Shown: positions 17,897 to 29,579, counted from the first letter of the stretch. The stretch: DNA of 64,000 nucleotides from Candidatus Poribacteria bacterium (GCA_965222225.1 CBDCTK010000002.1:1664001-1728000), one strand, 5' to 3'. Numbers and translations are program-made. The notes: generated by a model from the sequence alone, not told the origin.

Positions 17897-19111
17897 TTAA
17901 TGTGTCCGCATCGCCTTTGCAGGCATTATTCGAGCAGCCTTGATTGCCGGAAAGAGGCCGACAACTATCGCCGAAAGCAGAACAGTGATTGCCGGAATAA
18001 TCAGACTTCGCGCATTAACTTCGGCATACATCGTCTCAAATTTGATTCCGCCGTATGTGAATTCCTGTGGGAGCGTAATGCCGTATATGGATAGGAGGTA
18101 ATTTGCCAAAACCCCCAGCACTGCACCTACGCAAATGCTGGCGAGCGCGATGATGGCGACTTCGCAGATTACGAGCCGGAAAATCTGTGTCGGCTTTGTC
18201 CCGACAGCTTTGAGTACCCCGTATTCGCGCGTCCGCTCCAGTACCGACATCAGTACCGAATTTAGGACACCGATGGCGACGATGAGCATAATCACGATGC
18301 GCCCAATGGCATCCCCTTGCTTATCGGCTTGCATGGCTCGATAAAAGGATTTGGCAACTTCCTGCCACGGCGCGACATCAAGCGTTGAATCGTTGAGGCG
18401 TGCCTTGATTGCCTTCGTGATTGTAGGAACTTGGTTAATCTTTGAGACAGTGAGGACAATTTCATGGATGCGCCCCTCAAGGACAAGCAATTCTTGTGCA
18501 TCTTCGAGATTCAGGTAACACGTCACCCGATCCGTGGCGTCGTCACCGCTTTCCAAGATACCAACAATAGTATACACATCGTTCGCAATAGAACCGTCGG
18601 CAGCCTGTGAAAAGAGCACCATCTCACTACCCAGTGTCGCAGAAAGGGTTTTCGCCAGCCCCTTTCCAATCACAATGTGGTGGGAAGGGGTGTCGCCCAT
18701 AACTCTACCATCAATCACTTTCTTGTCAAATCGAGTAGTCTCGGTCTCACGCGCTACGTCCACCCCCATGATTTGTACAGTTGTACTCTTTTCATCAACA
18801 GAACCAAGTCCGGCGCCAAACACTCGCGGTGTCCACGCTTCAACGCCTGCGATGGTTTGAATCGCCTCGCCTACGGCTGAATAGTCGCTGATTGTTTTGT
18901 AGAGCGACGGTTTATTGAGGTACCCCTCCCGATGCACCTGAATGTGCCCGATGCGGTTTCGCGTGAACATCGCGATAATGTTCCCATACGCCCCATCGGA
19001 CCATCCGATGAATACCGAGGACAGCGTAAATCCGACAATCATCGCGAGCGAAGTAAGGATTGTACGCCGCTTTTGGCGAAAGATGTTACGGAATGCAATT
19101 TTGAGTATCAT
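17897..19111 (-). CDS. ABC permease, FtsX/LolC-E family
   Basis: AFRNIFRQKRRT, ERTREYGVLKAVG. Confidence 0.88.
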   Translation of the reverse strand: MILKIAFRNIFRQKRRTILTSLAMIVGFTLSSVFIGWSDGAYGNIIAMFTRNRIGHIQVHREGYLNKPSLYKTISDYSAVGEAIQTIAGVEAWTPRVFGAGLGSVDEKSTTVQIMGVDVARETETTRFDKKVIDGRVMGDTPSHHIVIGKGLAKTLSATLGSEMVLFSQAADGSIANDVYTIVGILESGDDATDRVTCYLNLEDAQELLVLEGRIHEIVLTVSKINQVPTITKAIKARLNDSTLDVAPWQEVAKSFYRAMQADKQGDAIGRIVIMLIVAIGVLNSVLMSVLERTREYGVLKAVGTKPTQIFRLVICEVAIIALASICVGAVLGVLANYLLSIYGITLPQEFTYGGIKFETMYAEVNARSLIIPAITVLLSAIVVGLFPAIKAARIMPAKAMRTH

Positions 19112-19270
19112 GATGAGGAACTATGCGTGAGAAAGGCAGTGGCCCGTGACTAGTGGTCAGTGGCTAGTGACAAGATTGGAAAACAGCACACCAATTGACA
19201 TCGATTAGGACTAATCATGTGTGATGTGTAAGACGATCTGTCGCCAGAAGTGTTCCAACCTGCCTGTCTT

Positions 19271-20086
19271 CTATCTCCTTTTCTGGAGGTTTCGGCGTGT
19301 GAAGATTTTGTCGTCGATATTCGAATCGAACTTCGCGTTTACGAACCGGACGACTGTATTGTGTCCCGTCTTGTTTTGAGGGAGCATTTCCATGACGGAA
19401 GGTGTGATTTTGCCATCAAAGGTTTTGATTTCTTTGAAATTCAGGACGCGCATTAAGTTCCCTTGTTCATCATAGAAGTGCTGCCACACCGGAATATAAT
19501 CGCCGGAATGCACCGCAGCGACAATCTTGCCCCAAACGATTGGCGAATCCTCCTTTGGCGTGAGTTGAATGTACAGTTGTCCGGGAACTGCGTCCTCTGG
19601 CTTGATTAACTTATAGGTGTAATCGTTGAGCATGGACGACTCCCTGACGAGATCGTCATTCGTGAAGTCGGAGCCCATCCATGATCCCATCATCATTGAC
19701 GGCGGAATTTTCATCACTTTGTTCGTTTTGGGCAGATAGTTCCACATCTCATTTCCGATGCGCAGCGTTGCCACGCCCAGTTCCTTCTTTGGTGCCGTGA
19801 TTCGGATAAAGGTCTGATCCATCCCTTTTGTCCAGACGGTCATGGCGAGGGTTCGCTCCCAATGCGGCGTGGTAATTTGCATTTCTATTTCGGCATGGCT
19901 GGTCTCACTACGATGGAGTTGATCCATCTTCTTGACGATGGCTTCAACATCAGGAACTGGTTCATCATCTTGCGCGAACATCAAGTAGGGAGTGGTCAAT
20001 ATAAGAAGAAAGCATAGATTCACGCTTAGTATTGCCGCGCGAGTCCTATTTTCAGAGTTCGCCATTCTCTCGGTTATCCTTTTCAA
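19271..20086 (-). CDS. LolA-like outer membrane lipoprotein-sorting protein
   Basis: MWNYLP...SWMGSDFTNDDL...FTRRNL. Confidence 0.8.
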   Translation of the reverse strand: MKRITERMANSENRTRAAILSVNLCFLLILTTPYLMFAQDDEPVPDVEAIVKKMDQLHRSETSHAEIEMQITTPHWERTLAMTVWTKGMDQTFIRITAPKKELGVATLRIGNEMWNYLPKTNKVMKIPPSMMMGSWMGSDFTNDDLVRESSMLNDYTYKLIKPEDAVPGQLYIQLTPKEDSPIVWGKIVAAVHSGDYIPVWQHFYDEQGNLMRVLNFKEIKTFDGKITPSVMEMLPQNKTGHNTVVRFVNAKFDSNIDDKIFTRRNLQKRR

Positions 20087-21369
20087 ATGTTTGACCGCCT
20101 TGTATGAATTAACTTGTAACGCGCACCCTAGGTTTTATGAGACGCGGATAAGAAACAAGGTGCGGAGGGTGTATAGACTAACCGCCACCCAAATTCCCCA
20201 GTCTTTGTAGAGTAGGCACCGCCCACCATCCAAGCGCCAGCGGCGCGACAGATGTATAAAGCAAGTTGACCGTTACAGAAACCGAGTTTTCACGAAAAAA
20301 CTCGGCTTCTTTCAGCCTACTTTAATATCACCATCCGCCTGATTTGACGGAAAGATGGTGTTGCCAACTGATAGAAATACACGCCGCTTGCCACGCCTTC
20401 ACCGAAATCGTTGCGACCGTCCCAATGGATTGTTTGCGACTGACTCTCGTAGAACCCCGCTGACTTATGCCCCAAATCCAAGCGACGAACCACGACACCA
20501 TTGGTATCATAAATCGTCAACGTAACATCCGCATCCTCCGACAACTGATACGGTATCCACGTCTCCGGGTTAAACGGGTTCGGATAGTTTGGCAATAGCG
20601 CCGTCTCTTTCGGCGTCAGCGCTGCGAGAAGTTGCTCTAAGAAGAGAACGCCCCGCTGCGACGTTGCATCCGTCAACTCAAGCTCACCCGCTTGTGCCAA
20701 CCACTGCCCCACGTCCGCCCTTGTAGGAGCGATCTCCAGGTCGCGATACCAGACTGACGGCGCGGCGGCTGCCTTCCCCAACGCACCCGCAACCATGACT
20801 AAATCCAGGATGTTCACGACCCCATCTCTGTTGACATCTGCATCTAAATCTCGTCCCTCATCCCCGAGAACCGACGCCACCAACACCAAATCCAAGATAT
20901 TCACGACATCGTCCCTGTTGACATCTTGCGGAATAGGGGCAATTCGGCGATTGCCGTAACGCTCTGTGTCAGCTGAATCCCCGTTACCCCCACCTCGACA
21001 GTGTTTGCTCCCGGATTGAGCCCCAACGTGAGGGTGCTTTCTACCCGACCGTTGCTATCCGTCGTGGCGCTAGTTACACTCAGCGTTCCGCCGCCTTTGG
21101 TGACCGTAAACGTAATCGGAACCTCCTCAAACGCATCACCTCTCTCATCTTGCACTTCCACGATAAGTGGCTTTTCAAGTGCCGCTCCGGGCAAGCCCTG
21201 TTGGTCATTCCCTGAAACGATGCGAATTCGCTGAGGCCTGCGGTGGCCAAAGGATACCTCAACTCCTCTTTCCTGTAAGACAGGAATGTGAGTATAGATG
21301 GATGGGTAGCTCAGCGGGTTTCCCCAAAGATTAACCTCATCTCCGCTTCCCAATCCTGTATTCGCTACG

Positions 21370-22160
21370 AGGGGTGATATGTCTGTGATGTTGTTGCCCC
21401 CAAGCTCTAGAAATGTCAGGTTGGTTAATCCCGCCACCGCCGAGATATCCGAGATGTTGTTGCCCCCAAGATTCAGAAATGTCAGGTTGGTTAATCCCGC
21501 CACCACAGAAATGTCCGATATGTTGTTACCCCAAAGGTATAGAGATGCCAGGTTGGTTAATCCCGCCACCACAGAAATGTCCGATATGTTGTTGCCCCCA
21601 AGGTACAGAGATACCAGTTTGGTTAATCCCGCCACCACAGAAATGTCCGATATGTTGTTACCCCAAAGGTATAGAGATGCCAGGTTGGTTAATCCCGCCA
21701 CCACAGAAATGTCCGATATGTTGTTGTTATAAAGAGTTAGCGATGTCAGGTTGGTTAATCCCGCCACCACAGAAATGTCTGTGATGTTGTTACCCCCAAG
21801 TGATAGTGTTTTCAGTTTGGTTAATCCCGCCACCGCCGAGATATCCGAGATGTTGCTGCCCCCAAGACTCAGTTCTGTCAGATTTGTTAAACCGGACACA
21901 GGGGAGATATCCGTGATGGAGTTGGACTCAAGACCCAAAACTGTCAAATCGGTTAGGGCCGCCACTGCCGAGATATCCGAGATGTTGTTGCCCCCAAGGA
22001 ACAGATATGCCAGGTTGGTTAATCCCGCCACCACAGAAATGTCCGAGATGTTGTGGCCCCCAAGATTCAGAAATGTCAGGTTGGTTAATCCCGCCACCGC
22101 CGAGATATCCGAGATGTTGTTGCCCCCAAGATTCAGCACTTTCAGGTTGGTTGCAAACTC
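21370..22160 (-). repeat. 66-bp tandem repeats encoding internalin-type LRRs
   Basis: Repeated L.L.GNNISDISVVAGLTNL; some units near-identical in DNA. Confidence 0.9.
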
Positions 22161-22339
22161 AAGCCCTGTCAAATTACTAATGGACGCGTTGTATGCGACA
22201 AGCTTGTTCAGAGCCAGCATGTTTCTCCTCACAATGGGAGCACTTGGTGATTTATCGAAAGTGGTCGCAATTGCAGCACGGAGGTTGGAGTCGGGGATAT
22301 CGACAATCTCTGCTATAGCCTCAAGACGGACCTGCGTCA

Positions 22340-23190
22340 ACTCAGACGTATCCCACAGTTCGACCGTGCCGTCAATCGTTCCGGCGGCGAGGGTTGCCCC
22401 GTCGGGCGAAAACGACACTGAATTCACCCCAGCCGTACGCTGGAGAGTGGCGAAACTTACTCCTGTCGTCACGTCCCATAGCTTGACCGTCCTATCCCCT
22501 GATCCGGAAGCCAGGGTTATGCCATCGGACGAAAACGACACTGAAATGACCCCAGCCGTATGTCCCGTAAGCGTGGCGATATTTTGTCGTGTCGTCACGT
22601 CCCATAGCTTGACCGTCCTATCCCCTGATCCGGAAGCCAGGGTTATGCCATCGGACGAAAACGACACTGAATTGACCGCAGCCGTATGCCCCTCAAGCGT
22701 GGCGATATTTTGTCGTGTCGTCACGTCCCATAGTTTGACCGTCCCATCTGCCGCCCCGTAGGCGATGGTTGTACCATCGGGCGAAAACGACACTGAATTG
22801 ACCGCAGCCGTATGCTGGAGAGTGGCGAAACTTACTCCTGTCGTCACGTCCCATAGTTTGACCGTGCCGTCCCCTAATCCGGACGCAAGCGTTGCCCCAT
22901 CGGGCGAAAACGACACTGAATTCACCCAATGCGTTTGCCCCTCAAATATAGCGGTATTTTGGCGTGTCGCCATGTCCCACAACTTGACTTCCTGCGATGT
23001 CCCCGCAGCAAGGGTTGTCCCATCGCGCGAAAACGACACTGAATTGGCCCCAGCCGTATGCGGAAGGGTGGCGATGTGGCGTGTCGCCATGTCCCACAAC
23101 TTGACTTCCTGCGATGTCCCCACAGCAAGGGTTGTCCCATCGGGCGAAAATGACACTGAATTCACCCGATGTGCATGCCCCCCCTTAAGC
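22340..23190 (-). repeat. ~120-126-bp tandem repeats encoding WD40 blades
   Basis: Repeated VNSVSFSPDG.TLA.G..D.TVKLWD. Confidence 0.9.
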
Positions 23191-24425
23191 GTGGCGATCG
23201 CGTTATAGTTTGGCAAAATTTCCAAGAGGGTAAAATGCTCACCGCTCCTATTCCCCTCCGTATCAATTGCCTCGACCCAAATCTCATGTGCAACATAATG
23301 GGGAAGAGACCTCAAGCCGTCCTCGGTAATAACACCCTCATAGTTGAATTCGACGAGGGCGTCTTTTTCGCCCGCCAATCCCTGACATGCCGCCAGTCCG
23401 CCACTAGAGAGCGCATCAAGACCGACTAGGAACACTTGGTGAAGCCCCTCTGAATCGCTGACTTTCAGTTGGACAGAAACGCTCTTTGACCACGCCGGAT
23501 ATGTAAGAGGCGAAATGATTTCAATGGTGGGCGACTGCCCCTCTTCGATTGGGATATCGGAATTGAAGTAGGGATGCACGGACAAAATTTCGGCAGCGCA
23601 GTCGGATAATCGACTCCATCCTAGTCCATACGACATGATGTACTCACCATTGCGGAAATCGTGACCCAACCCGAAGACATGCCCAAGTTCATGGGTCGCT
23701 AAATTCGCCGGTGAATCCCCTCCCTGCGAAACCCGTCGCGCCCCTAGAAACTCGCTCGACACTATTGTCAATGACAATCAAGTAAATGTTCACATCGAGA
23801 TTAAACGCTCGTTCAATCTGGTCCAACATAGGATCAGGGTTGTCAATGTAGTAACTATCGGGGTGTTCCCCATCCACCCGATGAACTATTGGCTCGCCTT
23901 GGGGATCGGTTTCCACACGGAAGGTTAGCTTTCCGTATCCGTGTACACCCATCTGCTCGGCAAAGAAGGCCTGAATGCTGAGAATCTCGTCTTTCATTCG
24001 TTGAACCACGTCTGCACGGTAGGGGCGGTCGTTGGGCAGAAAGTAGATCGTCCGCACCGTGCGTGGATCGCCGACATCCAAATTCGCCAAACTTCGCGCG
24101 TAACGGCGGTTGGGGGATTGGGTGGAGCGATGGCTGTCCGACTGCAAACCAGTAACCCCACAGATGTGTACCCCGATTTCTCCTAGTGGCGAGGAAGAGG
24201 CAACCGCGGGGTTCAATGTGGCACAAGTAAGATAGACCATTATCAAATACAAGGTGAAACCAAGAGTTTGTTTTTTCATCGATTCCCTCCGTTACGGTTA
24301 AGGAAAGTCGTTGCGCAATTAATGGCGCGTTTTGAAAATATGGGTGGCGAATCGTCCAACTACGTTTCAATAATCGGGAGCCGGATTTCCCTCGCCTCGT
24401 AAGAAGCAACGCCCTCAAAATAAAA

Positions 24426-25674
24426 GGGACTTAGTAGTTAACTGCTTTTTGGTCGATTTGCTTGCTTTTCTCTTCTTAATGTACAATCATTTTAGACAGT
24501 GTTCGGAATCTTGATTCACACTAAAATACATCTCTATAAGAGAGAAATGGAGGCATATCATGTTGACCAAGCGTTTGTACATGCTCGCGGGAGCATTGCG
24601 GGTTATCTGCGGGATTTTAATTTCCAACACTATGGGATTTTCAGCACACCATGATGTTGTCGTTGACAGAATATACCGATAGCCAAACAATTCATGTGGC
24701 TCAGGTGAAGCATTCATCAAAAAATCTTATGAAAATCTCATCATCTTTTCTGCGATTATATTTCCAGCAAGACTCCATGATATACAGTGGCAGCCACTTC
24801 TTGCTGTAGTGATGATGCGTTCCGTAGAATGACCTCTTGACACAAGCCCAAAACGACTCGATGGTGTTGGTGTGAGTTACGCCGTCCTCAGAAACATATC
24901 TCTCTTGGTGATGGATAACATGTCTTTCGATATCTTCGTCCAGACTATTGTAAGAGCGAAATTCATCAGTCATAAGAATAGACTCATCGGGTGAGACATT
25001 GCTAAGGATGAATTCTCTGATATTTTCACCAGATAGAACCTTCATGAATTTAGCAACCACCCGACCGCCTCTCTCGACTACGCCGATGACGGGAGATTTA
25101 TTTGTGCCTCTACCTCTCTTAGATTTTGCTCTGGGTTTGCCGCCGACATAGGTTTCGTCCGCTTCAACTATCCCTTTCAGCAATTCATCACTATCACTCA
25201 TTTTCTCACGGAGGCGCATTGCCATATACCAAGCGGACTTTTGATTCATGTCCAAGTCACGAGCAAGCTGACAACTCGATATGCTTTTCTTGGCATTGGA
25301 AAGAATTGAGATAGCCAAAAACCATTTCTGGAGAGGTATCTTGGTACCATGGAAGATGGTTCCTGCTGTAGCCGAAAAGCTAGATTCACAATCGTAGCAA
25401 TTCCAACCAGTAGTAATGTCGTTTTTGTTCTTGCGTCCAACTTTTTCACTGCCACAGTGGATACAGCAAACACCGTCCTTCCAACGTTTTTCCTCTATAA
25501 ATCTGAGACAAGATTCTTGATTTGGAAACTCTTTCATAAGATTCAAAATGTCCATAGCAAACTCCTACGAGAAGAATAGTCACTATGGACATCTACGTGT
25601 GACGAAAAGATTTACGACAGGGTACCAAGTTTTATGTTTGTCGTCAGTCTAAAAGCTACAAGCTACTAATTCCG
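24426..25674 (-). mobile_element. IS1595-family insertion sequence (1249 bp)
   Basis: Imperfect TIRs GGGACTTAGTAG / CTACTAATTCCG; 8-bp target duplication AAATAAAA at 24418-24425 and 25675-25682. Confidence 0.85.
24701..25555 (-). CDS. IS1595-family transposase
   Basis: Zn ribbon CxxC..CxxC, VEADETYVGG, MTDE, HTNTIESFW. Confidence 0.92.
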   Translation of the reverse strand: MDILNLMKEFPNQESCLRFIEEKRWKDGVCCIHCGSEKVGRKNKNDITTGWNCYDCESSFSATAGTIFHGTKIPLQKWFLAISILSNAKKSISSCQLARDLDMNQKSAWYMAMRLREKMSDSDELLKGIVEADETYVGGKPRAKSKRGRGTNKSPVIGVVERGGRVVAKFMKVLSGENIREFILSNVSPDESILMTDEFRSYNSLDEDIERHVIHHQERYVSEDGVTHTNTIESFWACVKRSFYGTHHHYSKKWLPLYIMESCWKYNRRKDDEIFIRFFDECFT

Positions 25675-25700
25675 AAATAAAATACAATGGAATCAGGCTA

Positions 25701-26135
25701 TCACACAAGGCATTTTTTGTAAAGTGGCGCGAATGCCAAAACGGTTTGCCGGTTTTCGCCGGTCTCCTGACGCAAGAACTTGACTCGTAGCGGCATTCCG
25801 ACTTTTATCGTTTCCGGGCAAAGCGAATCAACGCCTTCAATCCGTGCGACAACACGCGCCCCTTCCACCAACTCGACGGCTCCCGAACAGTATGGATTGT
25901 TCCTGTCATGTCCCTCTTTAATCATCGCGGGCGTGCCGATCGAGATTGAGGTGAAAGCGACAAGCCTCCCCTCGCCCGCTGTCTCTGCCCATTCCATATC
26001 TGAACGGCGGCATTGCGGACATAGCGAACGCGGCGGCACATAAAGCATCCCGCAGACATTACACCTTGAGCCCATCAGTTTCCCTTCGTTGAGAAACTGT
26101 TCAAACCCGTAATCGTTAATTGGTTTTTCAGCCAC
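25701..26135 (-). CDS. Zn-ribbon/OB-fold protein (DUF35, ChsH2-like)
   Basis: CNVCG...PPRSLCPQC; follows thiolase; probable GTG start at 26135. Confidence 0.85.
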   Translation of the reverse strand: MAEKPINDYGFEQFLNEGKLMGSRCNVCGMLYVPPRSLCPQCRRSDMEWAETAGEGRLVAFTSISIGTPAMIKEGHDRNNPYCSGAVELVEGARVVARIEGVDSLCPETIKVGMPLRVKFLRQETGENRQTVLAFAPLYKKCLV

Positions 26136-26139
26136 GGGA

Positions 26140-27405
26140 CTATCTCCTTTCGAGAATGGTAAAGGTACAGGTGCCCCCGGTGCCGCCGAGATTGTGCGCC
26201 GCACCAATACGTAAATCCGGTTTCGGCACACGCCTTCTGCCCGCTTTGTTTCTCAACTGTTCCCACACCTCAATTAACTGCGCCGCACCCGTTGCGCCGA
26301 CCGGGTGACCTTTGCACTTCAACCCTCCCGAGGTATTGATCGGCATCGGACCATCCAATCTCGTCAAGCCCTCCTCCACCGCTTTGTGCCCTTCCCCCGG
26401 CTTGAAGAACCCGAGGTCTTCGATATGAAGAATTTCCGCAATCGAGAAGCAGTCGTGCACCTCGGCGAACTGAATATCTTCGGGCATTAGACCGGACATA
26501 TCGTAGGCCTCCTGGGCGGCATGTCTTGTGGCTTCAAAGTACGTCAGGTCATCCGCGGCATGAAGCGCTCTCCCACTCCCCTGCCCGAGTCCGACGACGT
26601 GCAACGGGGAATCCGTAAAGCGATTTGCAATTTCTTCGGCGACTAACAGTATGCAAGCAGCTCCGTCACTTATGGGACAACAGTCAAAGAGGTGCATGGG
26701 CCAAGCAATGGGAGGGTTCGCCCTCGCGTCTCGGAGGAAATCTTTTTCATCAATCCAATCAGGAACCGCTTTTCCCTGACTTTTTGCACGCTTAACCTTG
26801 GCGTCCATCATGTCTCGAATGGCGAGGTTGAATTGGGCTTTAGGGTTCAAGGGCGCATTGTCGTGGCTCTTGATCGTCACGCTCATTAGGTGTTCGCGGG
26901 ACGCGCCGTATTTCTCAAAATATGCGGTAGCTATGACAGCGAAAACGCCTGGAAAAGTCAGTCCCGCTTTGCGCTCGTACGGACTTGCCGCCAAAGCCAG
27001 TCCTTCGGCCACCTCTTCAGTTGATCGCTTCGACATATCTTCAACGCCGCCAACCAAGACTACATCGTAGAATCCTGATGCTATGGCAAAAACGCCTTCA
27101 CGGAAAGCAAGTGCGCTTGAAGCACAGGCGCCTTCGGTTCGCGTTGCCGGTTTGGGAACGAGTCCGAGAGAATCGGAAAGAATTGCCCCCCAATGAGATT
27201 GGTGGACGAAAAAATCGTTTGTGAAATTGCCCAAGTAAAGGGCATCAATATCCTTTGGATCCAGCCCTTTGTCCACGGATGTGTTCATTTCGACAAAGGC
27301 TTCGGCGAAAAGATCCTTTGAGTCTTTATCACTGAACATGTCGAATTTCGACATGCCGGCGCCGACCATTGCGACTCCCCTTCCCAACTTTCGTTTTTTA
27401 TACAT
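26140..27405 (-). CDS. Thiolase-family protein (SCP-x type)
   Basis: EGACASS, EVHDCF, INTSGGL..GHPVGATG. Confidence 0.9.
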   Translation of the reverse strand: MYKKRKLGRGVAMVGAGMSKFDMFSDKDSKDLFAEAFVEMNTSVDKGLDPKDIDALYLGNFTNDFFVHQSHWGAILSDSLGLVPKPATRTEGACASSALAFREGVFAIASGFYDVVLVGGVEDMSKRSTEEVAEGLALAASPYERKAGLTFPGVFAVIATAYFEKYGASREHLMSVTIKSHDNAPLNPKAQFNLAIRDMMDAKVKRAKSQGKAVPDWIDEKDFLRDARANPPIAWPMHLFDCCPISDGAACILLVAEEIANRFTDSPLHVVGLGQGSGRALHAADDLTYFEATRHAAQEAYDMSGLMPEDIQFAEVHDCFSIAEILHIEDLGFFKPGEGHKAVEEGLTRLDGPMPINTSGGLKCKGHPVGATGAAQLIEVWEQLRNKAGRRRVPKPDLRIGAAHNLGGTGGTCTFTILERR

Positions 27406-27664
27406 GGAGAATCTCCTTTTGAATGGTTTTTTATTAAATCAGAATGACGGTATCATGAGGCGAGCTAATCAGGCAATTCGTGATAGGATCTTTATCGCAT
27501 TCGCTATTCGCTTATTTGATCGTGATGCGTGAAACGTAATTCTTGTGTTCTCAGTCCGCGTTCCTCCTACCTTTCCACCATTCTTCCTGCTTTTTTGGAT
27601 CGGCTATTGTCTGTGCGAATCTGTGTTCCCCTTGCCAATCGTCCAGTCTTCCAGCCTTCCAGTC

Positions 27665-29230
27665 TCATATTACTCTACTGGTTTTTCCTTTCCAATACTT
27701 CTCTCGCAATTCACGCTTAACTATTTTTCCATAGTTATTCTTCGGGAGTTCATCTATGAAATCGACCGAACGTGGCTTTTTGTAACGCGCAATATGTTCT
27801 GTGCAGAAATCGATTAATTCCGTTTCCGTGACTGTTCTCCCGGGCACGAGGGAGACGACAGCCTTAATTTCTTCACCCCACTGTGGGTCCGGGACACCAA
27901 TAACGGCGACTTCTCGAACGGCGGGGTGTTGCACGATTGTTTCCTCTATTTCACGAGGGTAGATGTTTTCGCCGCCGCTAATAATTAAGTCCTTTGACCG
28001 ATCCATGAGGAAGAGGTAGCCGCTCTCGTCCATGTAGCCCATATCACCGGTGTGCAGCCATCCGTCCCGTAGTATTTCAGCGGTTGTCTCAGGCTCACGC
28101 CAGTATCCCTTCATCACCAGATCCGATTGTGTCGCAATTTCCCCTGTCTTGCCCGGTGGGAGTTCGTTCTCATCCGAGTCAAAGATTTTGACTTCGACAT
28201 CGGTGCGTGGAATACCAGCGGATGCCAGCCGTTTCATCTGATCCGAATCTCCGTCAAGCACGTGGTCATCATGGGGAAGATAGGTGATGGTCATGGGCGA
28301 TTCCGCTTGACCATAAAGTTGGACGAGGCAGGGACCTAATTTTCTCATGGCATCAATTAGGTCCTCTACCAACATCGGTGCGCCACCGTAGTTCAAATAT
28401 TTCAACGAACTGTGGTCGTACCGGTCAATTGCGGGACTATCTATCAACCGCTTAATCATTGTCGGTGCGGCGAACATATTTGTCACACGGTGGTCTTGAA
28501 TTGTCCTTAATACTGTTTCCGGGTCAAAGGATTTGGACTCTAAAATAACGTTTGCTGCTCCCTTGGCGATATTGGGAAGAGCATAGCACCCACTCCCGTG
28601 AGACAATGGAGCGGCGTGGAGAGCAACGTCGCTAGAGCCAAATCCGGGAGCCATGTCCGCATAGAAGTTCATCGTCATGCCGAGAAGATTGCGATGTGTT
28701 AACATCGCACCCTTGGGGCTTCCTGTTGTTCCGGATGTATAGAAAATCCATGCCACGTCATCCGCGTCGACATCGGCATCATCGAACCGTTCGGATTCGG
28801 CCGCCAGTAGGGACTCGTAATCTAGCAGATTGTCACGCGCCCCGGACACTGTGACAATGGACTTGACACGGGGGAAAAGGTCGCCAGTCTTGATGATTTC
28901 CTCGTTGAATTCTGGCGACACAATCACCGCTTTGGCTTCGGAATGCTTGATGATAAAGGCATACTCTTTGGGATGCAGCCGAAAATTGATGGGTACCACT
29001 CCGCACCCGGCTTTGAAGCCAGCAAACATCGACTCAAGCATTTCAGGGCAATTATACATGAGCACCGCCACGTTATCGCCTTGCTGAATCCCGTGCCTGT
29101 AGAGTGCGTTTGTCAAACGGTTCGCTCGACTGTTGAAGTTCGCGTACGAAAGCTTCCTTTTACCGTAGGAAATAGCCAGGTTGTCGGGAAAAGTTCGGGC
29201 GGATTTTGTCAAGCATCGACCAATGTTCAT
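27665..29230 (-). CDS. Acyl-CoA synthetase / long-chain fatty acid-CoA ligase
   Basis: YTSGTTGSPKG, YGQAE, GWLHTGD, RSKDLIISGGENIYP. Confidence 0.92.
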   Translation of the reverse strand: MNIGRCLTKSARTFPDNLAISYGKRKLSYANFNSRANRLTNALYRHGIQQGDNVAVLMYNCPEMLESMFAGFKAGCGVVPINFRLHPKEYAFIIKHSEAKAVIVSPEFNEEIIKTGDLFPRVKSIVTVSGARDNLLDYESLLAAESERFDDADVDADDVAWIFYTSGTTGSPKGAMLTHRNLLGMTMNFYADMAPGFGSSDVALHAAPLSHGSGCYALPNIAKGAANVILESKSFDPETVLRTIQDHRVTNMFAAPTMIKRLIDSPAIDRYDHSSLKYLNYGGAPMLVEDLIDAMRKLGPCLVQLYGQAESPMTITYLPHDDHVLDGDSDQMKRLASAGIPRTDVEVKIFDSDENELPPGKTGEIATQSDLVMKGYWREPETTAEILRDGWLHTGDMGYMDESGYLFLMDRSKDLIISGGENIYPREIEETIVQHPAVREVAVIGVPDPQWGEEIKAVVSLVPGRTVTETELIDFCTEHIARYKKPRSVDFIDELPKNNYGKIVKRELREKYWKGKTSRVI

Positions 29231-29579
29231 GGAGAACCTCGTTACATAAATCAGAAGCCGGAATTAGGCCCTTCAATGGCTTATTTTATCATTTTCAAGG
29301 TTATAAAGGGAAAAATAATCCGTGAAACGTGATGGGAAGAAACCAGAGCAAGCAAGAGACATCGAACAATACAGACAACAAAGGCGTGAAAGGATTTAAA
29401 GACTTTGTGCTTGACATGAAATTTATATCAATGCTATTATTTAGTGGTTTCGGCTTCCTATTCACTCATATTCCATCTGACAAAAGCACCCCCATTTGGT
29501 GCCCGGTTAAGGTTTTCCCGCTTGTTCTGAAATTGACGCTAGCCCGCAGAATTACGCTCCGTTTTGAACTTTATCAATT

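Larger units (their letters stand above)
20317..24279 (-). pseudogene. Multidomain surface protein (Zn-metalloprotease, WD40, LRR, Ig-like, dockerin-like, FlgD/C-terminal domain) split into 3 ORFs
   Basis: HELGHVFGLGH; WD40 and 22-aa LRR repeats; DVNRDGVVNILDL; LLPNYPNPFNPETW; frame breaks near 23700 and 20937. Confidence 0.8.

Noticed and set aside
21370-23190. Tandem repeats resembling a CRISPR array
   Set aside because: Units are 66 and ~126 bp, in frame, encode LRR and WD40 repeats, and have no unique spacers or cas genes.
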